DNA of 64,000 nt from Candidatus Cloacimonadota bacterium (GCA_002742935.1 PDON01000060.1:70178-134177), one strand, 5' to 3'. Positions 29,169-41,269 are shown, counted from the first letter of the stretch. Made by a program: numbers and translations. The notes: generated from the sequence alone by a model not told the origin.

Positions 29169-30623
29169 CTATCCAACTGTGTTTTCTAATCTTACATTAA
29201 GTAGTTGTGTCGCTTCTACAGCAAACTCTGTAGGCAACTCTCTAAAAACATCTTTACAAAATCCATTTACTATAGTAGAAAGAGCAACCTCTTGATCTAT
29301 CCCTCTCTGTTGGAAGTATTGTAATTGTTCATCTGTAACTTTTAAGGTTGAAGCTTCATGCCCAATGTGTGAACTACTATTTTCAACCTCTATATATGGG
29401 AATGTATGAGCACCACACTTCTCCCCAATGAGCATTGAATCACATTGGGTAAAGTTTTCACTATTTGTTGCACCCTTATTTATCCTAACCTTACCTCTAT
29501 AGGTAGCTTCACTTTTACCTGCTGAGATAGATTTTGAGATAATACTAGATTTAGTATTTTTCCCTACATGAATCATCTTTGAGCCTGTATCAGCTAGTTG
29601 ATGATTTGTTGTAAGTGCTACTGAGAAAAACTCACCAATAGAGTTATCTCCCAAAAGAACACAGCTAGGGTATTTCCATGTTATAGCAGATCCTGTTTCA
29701 ACCTGAGTCCATGAAACCTTTGAATTTTTACCTAAACATTTTGCTCTCTTAGTAACAAAATTATAGATACCACCCTTACCAGTTTCAGGATCACCTGCAT
29801 ACCAATTTTGAACTGTTGAATATTTGATCTCAGCATCATCTAATACCACAATCTCTACAACTGCTGCATGGAGTTGGTTTGTATCAAATCTCGGAGCTGT
29901 ACACCCTTCGAGATATGAAGCATAAGCACCCTCTTCTGCTACTATCAAGGTCCTTTCAAATTGACCTGAATCTTGAGTGTTTATCCTAAAATAACTGGAA
30001 AGATCCATAGGACTCTTTACACCTTTAGGGATAAAAACAAAGGATCCATCTGTAAATACAGCAGAGTTTAAAGCAGCAAAGAAGTTATCACTCGGAGGAA
30101 CTACAGTTCCCATATATTTCTTTACCAGTTCCGGATAATCTTTCATAGCTTCTGAGATAGAACAAAAGATAACACCAGCATCTAAAAGCTGTTTTTTAAA
30201 TGTTGTCGCAACACTTACAGAATCAAAGATAGCATCAACAGCAATGGGCTTTTTCTCCTCAACACCTGCTAAAGCTTTCTGCTCATGTAGTGGAATACCG
30301 AGCTTCTCATAGGTCTCCAAGATCTCCGGAGAAACATCATCCAAACTCTCAAACTTCTTTTTAGGAGCAGCGTAGTAGTGAATATCTTGATAATCTATTT
30401 TTTGATAATTAAAATTAGCCCACTCCGGCTCTTTCATTTTTTTCCAATTTTCAAAAGCTTTTAATCTAAACTCCAACATCCATTCAGGTTCTTCCTTATT
30501 CTGTGAAATCATCCTTATGGTGTTTTCATCTAAACCTTTAGGAGCAACCTCTTGATCTGTATCGGTAACAAACCCATGCTCATACTCTCTATCTATATAA
30601 TTTTTTATATCTTTATCTGACAT
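29169..30623 (-). CDS. sufB: Fe-S cluster assembly protein SufB
   Basis: 484 aa with SufB-characteristic C-terminal region and conserved Cys; first gene of the operon. Confidence 0.85.
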   Translation of the reverse strand: MSDKDIKNYIDREYEHGFVTDTDQEVAPKGLDENTIRMISQNKEEPEWMLEFRLKAFENWKKMKEPEWANFNYQKIDYQDIHYYAAPKKKFESLDDVSPEILETYEKLGIPLHEQKALAGVEEKKPIAVDAIFDSVSVATTFKKQLLDAGVIFCSISEAMKDYPELVKKYMGTVVPPSDNFFAALNSAVFTDGSFVFIPKGVKSPMDLSSYFRINTQDSGQFERTLIVAEEGAYASYLEGCTAPRFDTNQLHAAVVEIVVLDDAEIKYSTVQNWYAGDPETGKGGIYNFVTKRAKCLGKNSKVSWTQVETGSAITWKYPSCVLLGDNSIGEFFSVALTTNHQLADTGSKMIHVGKNTKSSIISKSISAGKSEATYRGKVRINKGATNSENFTQCDSMLIGEKCGAHTFPYIEVENSSSHIGHEASTLKVTDEQLQYFQQRGIDQEVALSTIVNGFCKDVFRELPTEFAVEATQLLNVRLENTVG

Positions 30624-31259
30624 AATCCCTCTATCAAAATTTATTTCTGTTTCCCAAATTAGAAACTCTATATTTTAAGTTCCACTAAAAAGTAGCTATT
30701 AAACAATAACTTTCATATGATTATAGGGGTAAAGAAATATATTGTTTCGCTTCCTCATTAACATGGATGGAAAAAGCGAATTAATACTTGTAAAACTTAT
30801 AATAAATAATATTTACAAAAAAGAAACGGTTGGAATATTTTTTTATAAATTGAGTTTAGTTTATTATTTGATGATAATTAATATGGAAAGAGAGGGGTTT
30901 ATAAAAATACCAAATTTCAGTAATACCTTGCATTAAAGTCATGTGCCTCTAAAAGTTTTAATGTAAAAATCTTTTTAAAGTAAAACATAATGTTTTCAAA
31001 TGAGATCTATAAAAAATTTGTAGTTTATATAAGAGAAAGAGGCAATGAAAACAGAATATAACATCTCTATCATCATTAGTTAAAAAGTGTTTCTATCACT
31101 TACCTTGTGTAAACTTTGCTTTTTTGGATATCTTTTGTTGATCCTATAACTATCATTTTTTTAATAACATGAATTCGACATAACTACTTATCTAGTCTGT
31201 CACATAATAAATAGAATGCTGCATACAAATATATTGATCAGCTTTCCTCCCCTCAAAAA

Positions 31260-31385
31260 TTCAGACTTTTTAGAAGAAAATAGTACAAAGAGCCATTTTT
31301 TATGCGATTTGAACCTAGTAAACCTAGTTGACTTGAACAGAAAAAATCGATGACGCAGTAATGCGAAGTTTATCGGAAGTCTGGG
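31260..31385 (+). mobile_element. MITE-like repeat copy 3 (126 bp), just downstream (minus-strand sense) of the AAA-ATPase gene
   Basis: Same family; TIRs TTCAGACTTTTTAGAA / TTATCGGAAGTCTGGG. Confidence 0.65.
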
Positions 31386-31548
31386 GGTACATCGTTAATA
31401 GAGGTTTTCTTTAGATCCTTCCTTGGTGGGGAGATACATATTTTAGGAATTATGATGAAATTGATTACTATCATAATGTTATAATTGAATCCTTAGGCTT
31501 AATTATTACATAAGACAACCTATTGTTTTCATACCGAACTCAGGTTAA

Positions 31549-33081
31549 CTATCTAAACTTTTCCCATTCAAAACTACTTATATTCTTCTTCTCTTCATCA
31601 AAGTTTATTCCCACTAAATAGATATCGCTCTCTTCGCTAAGAAACTTCTCATAATATCTATTCTCTTTAATTTGGGAGATAGCATTTTCATTACCAACTT
31701 TAAACTCAAAAATGTATCTGTGGTTGTTTACAAGCAAACTCATATCCAACCTTCCCATATTTGTACTCTCCTCTACACTTATAGGAAACCCAAGAGAAGC
31801 GAGATAGGAGTAGATTACACTAGAATAAAAACCTTCATAAATATTAATGTTGTTCTTAACATAGTTTTGGTAAGGAAGAGAAGCAAATAATGAGATTAAG
31901 CTTGATTTAAAATCTTCCAATTTTGCATCAAATAGAGAGTATAGAGTTTTATTTTTATTAACCTGAGTATTGGCTACATTCAAAAGCATCATTTTCAAAA
32001 CAGATCTATTTAGACTTTGCTTAATCTCTTTATTTGGCATTTTTAGACTATATAGAATTTCATCAGCAGGGTTTATATATCTTTTTTTAACAGTTAGATA
32101 TCCACTCTGAAAAAGTAGAGCTTCTAAATTGATATTTTCAATTTCAAAAGAGTTTAAAATCTCTTCCCCAACAACTATATTTTCGAGGTTTGGAAGATAG
32201 TAGTTATTCTTTTTGATAAGATCTATTAAAAATGAAGGGTTCCCTGTCTCAAACCAATAGTTTTTATAAGTTAAATTTCCTCTTATAAAGAGTAGAATAT
32301 CAAAAGGGTTATAAACCTTATCTTTTAAAAAGTAGTATCCATTGTACCACTCTTTTAACTTTTCTAAATCAACACCTTGTAATAACGGTTTAAAAGCTGT
32401 TTCTATATCGCTATGGGTGTAACCACAGATATTACCAAAATTATTATTTAAAGTTATATCCTCAAGATTGTTTAATCCTGAAAAAATAGAAACTTTTGAA
32501 AACTTACTTACTCCGGTTAAGAATACAAACTTGAGGTATTTATCCGACCTTTTTAATATTTCATAAAAAGCTTTTAAGCTCTTCTTTGCATATTCTCTCA
32601 TTACTGGTTCTGTAATATTATCTAAGATAGGCTTATCATACTCATCAACCAAAACAACAACTTTTTGGTTATATTTTTCATAGGTTTTTTGAATCAGTTC
32701 TGATAGTTTGTTGGGAATGTCTAAATTATCATCAACATTTACCTTTAGAGCTTCAATATTTTTTTTTAAAATATAGTTAAAAACTCCATCTATACCCTCC
32801 TTTGTTGAAAGATTACCTGCAAAACTGATATGTATTACAGGAAACTTTTGACTAAAATCGTATCTTTTTTCAATATATAGACCCTTAAAATACTCTTTTT
32901 TACCTTCAAAAATAGACTTTAAAGTATCTAAAAATAGAGATTTCCCAAATCTTCTAGGACGAGAAAGAAATACATATTTATATGAATTTATCAGTTCCCA
33001 AGCCTCTTTGGTTTTATCGACATAGATATAATTATCCTCTCTAATTTCACTAAATGTTTGTATTCCAATTGGTAGCTTCAT
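31549..33081 (-). CDS. AAA-ATPase-like N-terminal domain plus PD-(D/E)XK nuclease-like C-terminal domain protein (paralog 1 of 3)
   Basis: N-terminal YVDKT...LSRPRRFGKSL motif shared with the 49457 and 51332 genes; C-terminal D...E.K nuclease-like motif (LDMSLL...IFEFK). Confidence 0.7.
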   Translation of the reverse strand: MKLPIGIQTFSEIREDNYIYVDKTKEAWELINSYKYVFLSRPRRFGKSLFLDTLKSIFEGKKEYFKGLYIEKRYDFSQKFPVIHISFAGNLSTKEGIDGVFNYILKKNIEALKVNVDDNLDIPNKLSELIQKTYEKYNQKVVVLVDEYDKPILDNITEPVMREYAKKSLKAFYEILKRSDKYLKFVFLTGVSKFSKVSIFSGLNNLEDITLNNNFGNICGYTHSDIETAFKPLLQGVDLEKLKEWYNGYYFLKDKVYNPFDILLFIRGNLTYKNYWFETGNPSFLIDLIKKNNYYLPNLENIVVGEEILNSFEIENINLEALLFQSGYLTVKKRYINPADEILYSLKMPNKEIKQSLNRSVLKMMLLNVANTQVNKNKTLYSLFDAKLEDFKSSLISLFASLPYQNYVKNNINIYEGFYSSVIYSYLASLGFPISVEESTNMGRLDMSLLVNNHRYIFEFKVGNENAISQIKENRYYEKFLSEESDIYLVGINFDEEKKNISSFEWEKFR

Positions 33082-33682
33082 TCTCTTTCCTTGTGTGACA
33101 TACCTTTAGATTATATTATAACCAATTTTGATTTGAAAATGAAATGATAAATATGATTCTGACTTAGCTTATTATAGGGTTTACTGAAAAAGCCCACATT
33201 ATACCATTTACTTTTGATTTAGATTTACCCATATTGTAAAAAGTTCCAACAGAAAGAAGAAAAAAAATTATTTTCATAAAGAGAAACTCCTCTAATCTTT
33301 TATTCTATATACAGATAACTCTTGATTTTTAACATAAATCCTATCCCCTATAATTTTCACTTGCGACAAAGGATTGAAAAAATCACGAATTTTACCTATA
33401 TCAAAAATCTATGGTATTGATAAACCTATTATCCCTAAAAACATCAACTAAAAATCTATTCTTATTATTTTCATCTCTATTGAAAGATCTTTTCTTATCA
33501 TAAAAAAACATAACATGACAACCATTTATAAAATTAAAAGTCTCATAAGTATAAAAAATTTTCAAATCTTATTTTGAAAAAGTTAGTTAAATTAAAAAAA
33601 TCTATTATTTTGATTATTTTTTAGATTGAACAGATTAAATGAAACTATGAAGGTATAACAAACAAACTTAGGCTTTAAAAAT

Positions 33683-36600
33683 ATGAAATTAGTTGATATA
33701 TCTATAAAGAGAAAAGTTACAATAACTATGTTTACACTGGCAGTTATCCTATTTGGTTCTGTCTCATTTTCAAGATTAAAATTAAATCTTTTACCGGAAC
33801 TTTCATATCCAACTCTAACCATAAGAACCGAATACCCCGGAGCTGCACCTTCTGAAGTGGAAAACCTTCTTTCGGAGCCTCTTGAGGAAACCTTAGGTGT
33901 TGTTAAAAACGTTAGAAAAATAAGTTCTGTTTCAAGAGCTGAACAAAGTGATGTTACCATAGAGTTTGCTTGGGGAACCAACATGGATTTTGCCGGCTTG
34001 GAGGTTAGAGAAAAGATTGATCAACTAAATCTACCAAAAGATGTTAAGAGACCATCTATTCTAAGGTATGATCCTGCTTTAGAACCTATTATGAGATTTG
34101 GATTTTATACAGAGAATAATGAAAAAATCTCTATTGAAAATTTAAGAATCTTTGCAGACGAGGAACTTAAAAAGGATCTTGAAGTTATAAACGGTGTGGC
34201 TTCCGTTAAGATTAGTGGAGGGCTTGAAGAACAGATTCATGTTCTAATAGATCAAGGCAAACTTTCAAGACTAAATCTAAATATATCTGCTATTTCCAAT
34301 AGATTAAATGTTGAGAATATAAACTATTCAGGTGGTAAACTTGAAGAGGGAACAACCCAACTTTTGGTGAGAACTGTAAATGAGTTTAAAACCCTCGAAG
34401 ATATAGAAAATCTTGTACTTGGTAAGTTTGGTGGTAAAACTGTTTATCTTAGAGATGTTGCCAAGATAAGAAAGAGTTATAAGGAAAGATCTGCTGTTAC
34501 CAGAATGGAAGGTAAAGAGAGTATTGAGATTGCTATATATAAAGAGGGGGATGCAAACACCGTTTCTGTTGCCAAAGATATAAATAAAAGTATAGAGAAA
34601 ATTAAAAAAAAGCTTCCTAAACACTCTATTCTTACCAATGTATACAATCAAAGTACATTTATTGAAAACTCTATCAATGAGGTTATAAAGTCAGGAATGA
34701 TTGGTGGTATTTTAGCAGTATTCGTTCTCTACTTCTTCCTTAAGAATTTTTGGATAACCATTATTACATCATTCTCAATACCTGTATCCGTAATTGCAAC
34801 ATTTAATCTAATGTACAGTAACAATATAACTCTAAATATTATGTCTTTAGGTGGTATTACCTTAGGTATTGGTATGCTCTTAGATAACTCTATTGTTGTA
34901 CTTGAAAATATATCCCGATACAGAGAAAAAGGAAGCTCCAACATAGAATCAGCAAGAAAAGGAACATCACAAGTTGGTATGGCAGTTACAGCCTCTACTC
35001 TAACCACTATTGCTGTGTTTTTCCCTTTAATCTTTGTAGAAGGTATTGCAGGTCAACTCTTTAAAGATCAAGCAATGACAGTTACATTCTCTCTACTTGC
35101 ATCACTTATTGTAGCTCTTACACTTATTCCAATGTTAGCATCAATTCAAAGAAAAAGAGAGAATTATATCGAGTTTGAAGAGGAGCTTACACCTTCAAAA
35201 AGTGAAAAACCTGAACCTACAAATAGGTTTTACAAGATCTATAAGTATAGTTTAAAACCCATTGTTTTTATTGTAGGTTTTATCCTGAAAAAAATCTACA
35301 TAGTTATTTTCAATCTTTTACCATACTACCTGTTTAGATTTTTTAAAATAGTTTTTGTTTATTGTAGCAAACTACTCTCTTTAACCGTATCACCTTTTGT
35401 AAAGATATTTGATATATTCTACTCTTATATAGAAAAGATATACCCTAAAATTGTAAGATTTGCTCTTGGAAATAATATTTTGGTTCTATTTATTGCCATT
35501 ACTCTTTTTATTTTATCCATAAATATTATTCCTACTCTTGGTATGGAGCTTATCCCAAAGCTTACACAGGGTGAGTTTAAAGCTGAAATAAAGATGCCTG
35601 TTGGTACGCCTCTTGTCAAAACAGATAAGGTTTTAAAGAGTATTCAGGATAAATTTAAATCACACCCCTACCTTTCTACCGTTTACTCCGTAGCAGGAAC
35701 GGGTAACAGACTTTCCTCAAACTCCGGTGGAGGAGATGATATTGGAGAGGTAAATTTTGTTATAAAAAAGAGTTATTTCTCAAAGGAGAAGGAGATAATG
35801 GATAGTTTAAGAGTGTTCTTTTCAACTATCCCGGGTATGAGTTATAAATTTTCTACTCCTACTCTATTCTCATTTAAAACACCTCTAGAGGTTGAGATTA
35901 GCGGATACAATCTTAAAAAGATAGAGAGAGCTAATAAAAAAATTGTATCTCTTATGGAAAAAGATGGACTCTACACCGATATAAAAACAACTGTTGAGAG
36001 GGGTCAACCTGAAATTCAGATCTATTTTGACAGAGACAGAGCTGCTGCACTTGGAATAAAAATTGAATCTGCAGCAAGAAGAATTACCGATAAACTTAAA
36101 GGAGATCTTGCAACTAAATTTTCCAAAGGCGATAGAAAAATTGATATTTTGGTTAAAGCAAACCGTTTAGATTTTAGATCTGTTGATGATATAAAAAATA
36201 CAATAATAAACCCTGAAAGCAGAAATCCTATTACTCTTAAATCTATATCAAATATTGTAGTTAATGATGCACCGGGTGAGATAAGAAGAGGTAATCAGCA
36301 GAGAGTTGCCATTATCTCATCAGATATTACCGGAGGAGATCTTGGATTCGCAGCAAAACATCTTGAAGAGAAAATAGGAAAACTCTCTTTAGATGATGGC
36401 ATTGTTGTAAGTATTACAGGACAAAATGAGGAGATGGAGCTTAGTTTTAGATCCTTAAAGTTTACACTTATTATGGCAATATTTTTGGTTTACTTAGTTA
36501 TGGCATCACAATTTGAATCATTTATTCACCCTTTTGTTATTTTGCTTACAATACCTTTAGCTATGATTGGAGCTGTATTTGCCCTCTATATTACCGGATA

Positions 36601-36952
36601 CTCCATAAGTGTTGTGGTGTTTATTGGAGCAATCTTACTTGCCGGTATTGTTGTTAATAATGCCATTGTACTCATTGACCTAATAAATCAACTTAGAAGT
36701 GAGGGTATGGAGAAACTTGAAGCTATAGTTGAAGGAGGACGTTTAAGACTAAGATCTATACTTATGACAACTTTAACCACAACTTTAGGACTCTTACCTC
36801 TTGCCATTGGTATTGGTGAAGGTTCTGAGCTTAGAGCTCCTATGGCAATCACAGTTGTTGGAGGATTGACTGTTTCAACACTTTTAACCCTTGTTGTTAT
36901 ACCTGTTGTATATAAACTTCTTGATAGAAAAAAGTTTGTAGAGGAGAGATAG
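33683..36952 (+). CDS. RND-family efflux permease (AcrB/HAE1-like), 12 TM with two large periplasmic loops and a cytoplasmic insertion
   Basis: 1089 aa; N-terminal MxxxSIKRxVTxxM motif and conserved TM4/TM10 regions of RND transporters. Confidence 0.9.
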   Translation: MKLVDISIKRKVTITMFTLAVILFGSVSFSRLKLNLLPELSYPTLTIRTEYPGAAPSEVENLLSEPLEETLGVVKNVRKISSVSRAEQSDVTIEFAWGTNMDFAGLEVREKIDQLNLPKDVKRPSILRYDPALEPIMRFGFYTENNEKISIENLRIFADEELKKDLEVINGVASVKISGGLEEQIHVLIDQGKLSRLNLNISAISNRLNVENINYSGGKLEEGTTQLLVRTVNEFKTLEDIENLVLGKFGGKTVYLRDVAKIRKSYKERSAVTRMEGKESIEIAIYKEGDANTVSVAKDINKSIEKIKKKLPKHSILTNVYNQSTFIENSINEVIKSGMIGGILAVFVLYFFLKNFWITIITSFSIPVSVIATFNLMYSNNITLNIMSLGGITLGIGMLLDNSIVVLENISRYREKGSSNIESARKGTSQVGMAVTASTLTTIAVFFPLIFVEGIAGQLFKDQAMTVTFSLLASLIVALTLIPMLASIQRKRENYIEFEEELTPSKSEKPEPTNRFYKIYKYSLKPIVFIVGFILKKIYIVIFNLLPYYLFRFFKIVFVYCSKLLSLTVSPFVKIFDIFYSYIEKIYPKIVRFALGNNILVLFIAITLFILSINIIPTLGMELIPKLTQGEFKAEIKMPVGTPLVKTDKVLKSIQDKFKSHPYLSTVYSVAGTGNRLSSNSGGGDDIGEVNFVIKKSYFSKEKEIMDSLRVFFSTIPGMSYKFSTPTLFSFKTPLEVEISGYNLKKIERANKKIVSLMEKDGLYTDIKTTVERGQPEIQIYFDRDRAAALGIKIESAARRITDKLKGDLATKFSKGDRKIDILVKANRLDFRSVDDIKNTIINPESRNPITLKSISNIVVNDAPGEIRRGNQQRVAIISSDITGGDLGFAAKHLEEKIGKLSLDDGIVVSITGQNEEMELSFRSLKFTLIMAIFLVYLVMASQFESFIHPFVILLTIPLAMIGAVFALYITGYSISVVVFIGAILLAGIVVNNAIVLIDLINQLRSEGMEKLEAIVEGGRLRLRSILMTTLTTTLGLLPLAIGIGEGSELRAPMAITVVGGLTVSTLLTLVVIPVVYKLLDRKKFVEER

Positions 36953-36953
36953 A

Positions 36954-39900
36954 ATGAAACTTACAGAGCTCTCTATAAAAAGACCTGTAACAACAATGAT
37001 GATACTTCTCTCCTTTGTTGTTGTTGGGTATATCTCTTTTTCAAGATTGCCTATGGAGTTTTTCCCAGCACTTGATGTTCCTTTTGTAGGTGTATATATC
37101 CCCTATCCAAACTCCACTCCTGAAGAGGTTGAGAAGGAGATAACAAGACCTGTTGAAGAGGTTCTGGCTATGATAAGTGGAGTAAATAAAATAAAATCAA
37201 ACTCTTCTCAAAATAGTGCTTGGGTAGAACTCCACTTCAATTGGGGGGAAGATTCAGATATAAAAGCTTTAGAAACCAGAGAGAAGTTGGACGGAATTAA
37301 GCATCTTCTTCCTGATGATATGGAAAGATTTTTTGTATTTAAGTTTAACACCTCTGATATGCCTGTTTTACAGATAAGAGTTTCAAGCAACAGAGATATC
37401 TCCAATAGCTATGAACTTCTCCAAAGAAATCTTAAGAGACCTTTGGAGAGACTTAACGGTGTTGCAGAGGTTGATATGTATGGGGTTGAGAAAAAGGAGA
37501 TTAAAATAGAGGTAAACCCTGACAGATTAATAGCCCACTCAATTACTACAAATGATCTTATTAATGTTTTAATGAGGAGTGATTTTTCTATCTCTAACGG
37601 AGAGCTGAACACAGGCTCTTCATCAATTATGGTAAGATCTATGAGTAAAATTAAAGGTGTTGATGATCTTAAAAATCTAAAAATAAACAACTCCGGTCTT
37701 CTTTTGAGCAATATTGCAGAGGTTAGCTATACAGCTCCCAAAAGGGATTATGGAAGACACTTAAACGGGAAATATGCTGTAGGACTTTCCATAAAAAAAA
37801 GTTCTGAAGCCAATACAATAAATGTAACAAATAGAATTTTAGATGAGATAGAGAAGATAAAAAAAAGTCCTGAAATGGAAGGTATAAATGTTTATCTCAT
37901 GGAAAATCAGGGTGAAGGTATAAAATCTTCTCTAAAAGAGTTGTTAAACTCAGGTCTTTTGGGTGGTTTTTTTGCTCTTCTCATTCTATACTTTTTCCTT
38001 AGATCTTTTTCAAATACTCTTATTGTTATACTTTCAGTCCCCTTCTCAATGCTCATTACAGGTGTTGTTATGTACTTTATGGATATAAGTTTAAATGTTC
38101 TTTCAATGATGGGACTTATGCTTGCTGTTGGTATGCTTGTAGATAATGGTGTTGTTACAATGGAAAGTATCCATAAACACCAAAGAGAGCTTAAAGACAG
38201 AAAAAAATCTGCAGTTTTAGGAACCGGTAAAATAGCTTTGGCAATTACGGCCGGAACAATAACTTCAGTAATCGTATTTCTTCCAAACATAATAAATGAT
38301 AGCAGTGTAATAAGTATATACTTAAAGTATGTAGGAGTTCCCCTTGTAATTGCTCTTTTAGCTTCCCTTGCTATATCTCTTACAGCTATTCCTGTTTTAA
38401 CAACGGTGTTTAACGGTAATCTAGAGGAGAAAAAGAACCAAATTATTGAAAATTTCAAAAAAAGATACCTTAAAATACTCACTTGGCTCTTGGATCATCA
38501 CAAGGGATCAATATTTATAATTTTAGCTACTCTTTTCAGTATAGGCATACCTGTTTCCTTTGTTAAAAGTGGAGAGGGTTCAGCAATGGGTAGAAAGATG
38601 AGACTTTTCTACAATATAAATGGAGAATATAAGATTGAAAGAGTGGTTGAAGAGGTTGAAGAGATTGAAAAATATCTACTTAAAAATAGCGATAAATTTG
38701 AGATTGAGGATCTGTACACCTATTACAATACGGGAGAAGCTAAATCAGTACTTTTACTTAAGAAAGAGGGTAGTGGTAAAACCACTGAAGAGTTGATGGA
38801 GCTTATAAAGAAGGATCTTCCTAAAATCTCTATAGGGAATCCGGCATTTGAGTGGAAAACTGCTAGAGATGATGATGTGTTAAGGGTTAGATTAACCGGA
38901 AAATCCAGTAAAAAACTAATAGATCTTTCGGAAGATATAGTAAAATACCTTTCCAATATTGAAGGGCTTACAGATCTTCACAGTGAGGCCTCATCCGGAG
39001 ATAAAGAGATTATGGTTGTAGTTGACAGAATAAAGGCCGGTAATTACGGATTCTCAACAGCTGAGATTGCAAGAACCATATCATCCTCTATGAGAGGGAC
39101 AACAATTAACAAGCTTAAAACAGATGATGGTGAAATTGATATCTCTCTAAAGTTTAGGGAGGAGGATAGAAGAGATTTGGAGGATCTTAAAGAGATACCA
39201 CTTAAAAATAGAGACGGAAAGATATTTAAGCTTAAAAACTTGGCAAACTTTAAATACACCAGAGGTCCCGGTGTTATAAGAAGAGATAATAGAGAAACAT
39301 CTATTGGAATCCAGATTGGTGTTGATGGAATAACAAAGGAGGAGTCAAGACCAATTATTGAATCAGCAATGGAGAGGATAAAGCTTCCTTTAGGTTACAA
39401 GTGGGACTTTGGCTGGAGCTTTCAAAATTGGGATATGGGAATTGAAACATTAAAGTTTAATCTTTTATTGGCTCTAGTTCTAATATATTTTGTTATGGCA
39501 GCTCTGTTTGAATCATTTATCTTGCCAATCTCTATATGGAGCTCAATAATTTTTGCTGTCATTGGGGTTTACTGGTCATTTCTATTAACAGGAACAACAT
39601 TTTCCTTTATGGCTTGGATTGGTGTACTTATTTTAGTTGGTGTTGTGGTTAATAACGGAATTGTTTTGATTGAGTATATAAATAATCTGATTGAAGAGGG
39701 GTATAGTAGAAAAGATGCCGTATTAAAAGCAGGATCTGAAAGGTTTAGACCTATACTTATGACAGCAGGAACAACAATTCTTTCAATGCTTCCTCTGTGT
39801 ATGGTAACTACCCAGATTGGTGGTAATGGACCTCCATACTATCCAATGGCGAGAGCAATTGTAGGTGGTTTATTCTTTTCAACAACGGTAACTTTACTTA

Positions 39901-39977
39901 TATTGCCCTCTATATACATCATACTTGATGATATTAGAAATAAGTATTTGAAAATAATTACTAAAGCTTTAAGATAA
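36954..39977 (+). CDS. second RND-family efflux permease, tandem with the first (heteromeric MdtBC-like pair?)
   Basis: 1007 aa, same RND architecture; start 2 nt after the previous stop. Confidence 0.9.
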   Translation: MKLTELSIKRPVTTMMILLSFVVVGYISFSRLPMEFFPALDVPFVGVYIPYPNSTPEEVEKEITRPVEEVLAMISGVNKIKSNSSQNSAWVELHFNWGEDSDIKALETREKLDGIKHLLPDDMERFFVFKFNTSDMPVLQIRVSSNRDISNSYELLQRNLKRPLERLNGVAEVDMYGVEKKEIKIEVNPDRLIAHSITTNDLINVLMRSDFSISNGELNTGSSSIMVRSMSKIKGVDDLKNLKINNSGLLLSNIAEVSYTAPKRDYGRHLNGKYAVGLSIKKSSEANTINVTNRILDEIEKIKKSPEMEGINVYLMENQGEGIKSSLKELLNSGLLGGFFALLILYFFLRSFSNTLIVILSVPFSMLITGVVMYFMDISLNVLSMMGLMLAVGMLVDNGVVTMESIHKHQRELKDRKKSAVLGTGKIALAITAGTITSVIVFLPNIINDSSVISIYLKYVGVPLVIALLASLAISLTAIPVLTTVFNGNLEEKKNQIIENFKKRYLKILTWLLDHHKGSIFIILATLFSIGIPVSFVKSGEGSAMGRKMRLFYNINGEYKIERVVEEVEEIEKYLLKNSDKFEIEDLYTYYNTGEAKSVLLLKKEGSGKTTEELMELIKKDLPKISIGNPAFEWKTARDDDVLRVRLTGKSSKKLIDLSEDIVKYLSNIEGLTDLHSEASSGDKEIMVVVDRIKAGNYGFSTAEIARTISSSMRGTTINKLKTDDGEIDISLKFREEDRRDLEDLKEIPLKNRDGKIFKLKNLANFKYTRGPGVIRRDNRETSIGIQIGVDGITKEESRPIIESAMERIKLPLGYKWDFGWSFQNWDMGIETLKFNLLLALVLIYFVMAALFESFILPISIWSSIIFAVIGVYWSFLLTGTTFSFMAWIGVLILVGVVVNNGIVLIEYINNLIEEGYSRKDAVLKAGSERFRPILMTAGTTILSMLPLCMVTTQIGGNGPPYYPMARAIVGGLFFSTTVTLLILPSIYIILDDIRNKYLKIITKALR

Positions 39978-39988
39978 TCGGAGTTTTT

Positions 39989-41269
39989 ATGAAAAAAGTT
40001 TTTTTTATGATTCTAATAGTAGTAGCTGCTGCTTTTGGAAAAGATTACACCTTAAAAGAGTGCGTAGATATTGCTCTTAAAAACAATTTAAATCTTATGA
40101 AATCGAAGCTTGATAAAAGGTTGGCGGAACTTGACTTAAAATCCGTAAAATCCTCCTTTCTGGGAATAAGAGGGGCTTATGACGGAGAGATCTTTTTCAG
40201 TAAGAGTAAATTTAGCAATTTTGATGATAACCTTAACGATTATAATTATACCGATAGTGATGATTTTACCAATAGGTTATCTCTAAGTATAACAGCCAAT
40301 CTTTCACTGCCTCTCATTGATAGGTATAAAAGCTCCAGTTTAGGTATAGAATATGCCGAAAACAACCTTGAAAGTGTGAGAGATAATTTAATCTACTCTG
40401 TTACAACATCATTCTATAATTGTATCTTGGCTCGTGAGGATATAAATGTTCAAAAGGAGAATATTAAATATAATCAAACTCAATATGATGAGACTAAGCT
40501 TAGATATGATCTTGGCAGTTTAACAAAGTCTGAACTTTTGCAGGCAGAGGTAAATCTTTCAACGGCAAGATTAAATATTATCAACTCCGAGAAGAGATAT
40601 GAGATAGTGGTTCAGAACTTGATAAATCTTCTAAATATAGATGAGAGCTATAAGCAATTTAATCCTGTTTATGAGATCCCCCAAAAAGTTACAATTGAAA
40701 ATTTAGACCTTGAAAAGCTTATTGAGATTGGTCTTAAAAATAGAATAGATGTAAAGAACGCAGAGCTCTCTCTAGAGCAGAATAGCCTATTGTACGATAT
40801 TGAGTTTGACGGAATATTTCCCTCTGTTTCTGCAAGTTTCAACAACTCCTACTCAACTTCAAATGACAAAGAAACTCAAAGTTTAGACCACATATTATCG
40901 GCAACTCTTAATTGGGATCTAACATTTGAAGATTTTAATAGAATGGATAAGCAAAAAGTTTCATTAAAAAAGAGTGAGCTTAGTTATAAGCAAATAATAA
41001 GCAACGCAAAGAATGAGATTACTAAAACATATCTGGAGCTTATTCAGCAAAAAGAGAACTTAGACAGGGTAGGGAAACATGTTGAACTAGCTAAAGAAAA
41101 TTTGGATCTTGCAAACGAGATGTTTAGGTTTGGAAACAAAACTATAACAGATAGAATTAAGGCTATGAACGATTACATTCAAAGTAAATATAGAGAGATT
41201 CAAGCGAGATATGAATATATTACATCTTTGGCGAAACTTAGGAACAGTATAAATATTGATAGTTTCTAA
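39989..41269 (+). CDS. TolC-like outer membrane efflux channel
   Basis: Signal peptide; two repeated coiled-coil/beta-barrel halves; 426 aa; directly follows the RND genes. Confidence 0.75.
   Translation: MKKVFFMILIVVAAAFGKDYTLKECVDIALKNNLNLMKSKLDKRLAELDLKSVKSSFLGIRGAYDGEIFFSKSKFSNFDDNLNDYNYTDSDDFTNRLSLSITANLSLPLIDRYKSSSLGIEYAENNLESVRDNLIYSVTTSFYNCILAREDINVQKENIKYNQTQYDETKLRYDLGSLTKSELLQAEVNLSTARLNIINSEKRYEIVVQNLINLLNIDESYKQFNPVYEIPQKVTIENLDLEKLIEIGLKNRIDVKNAELSLEQNSLLYDIEFDGIFPSVSASFNNSYSTSNDKETQSLDHILSATLNWDLTFEDFNRMDKQKVSLKKSELSYKQIISNAKNEITKTYLELIQQKENLDRVGKHVELAKENLDLANEMFRFGNKTITDRIKAMNDYIQSKYREIQARYEYITSLAKLRNSINIDSF

Noticed and set aside
30742-30936. 64-aa ORF in the sufB upstream region
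   Set aside because: AT-rich low-complexity translation in a promoter region, no RBS; likely non-coding
33592-33984. 130-aa minus-strand ORF overlapping the start of the first RND permease
   Set aside because: Overlaps a strongly supported RND N-terminus; no motifs; spurious
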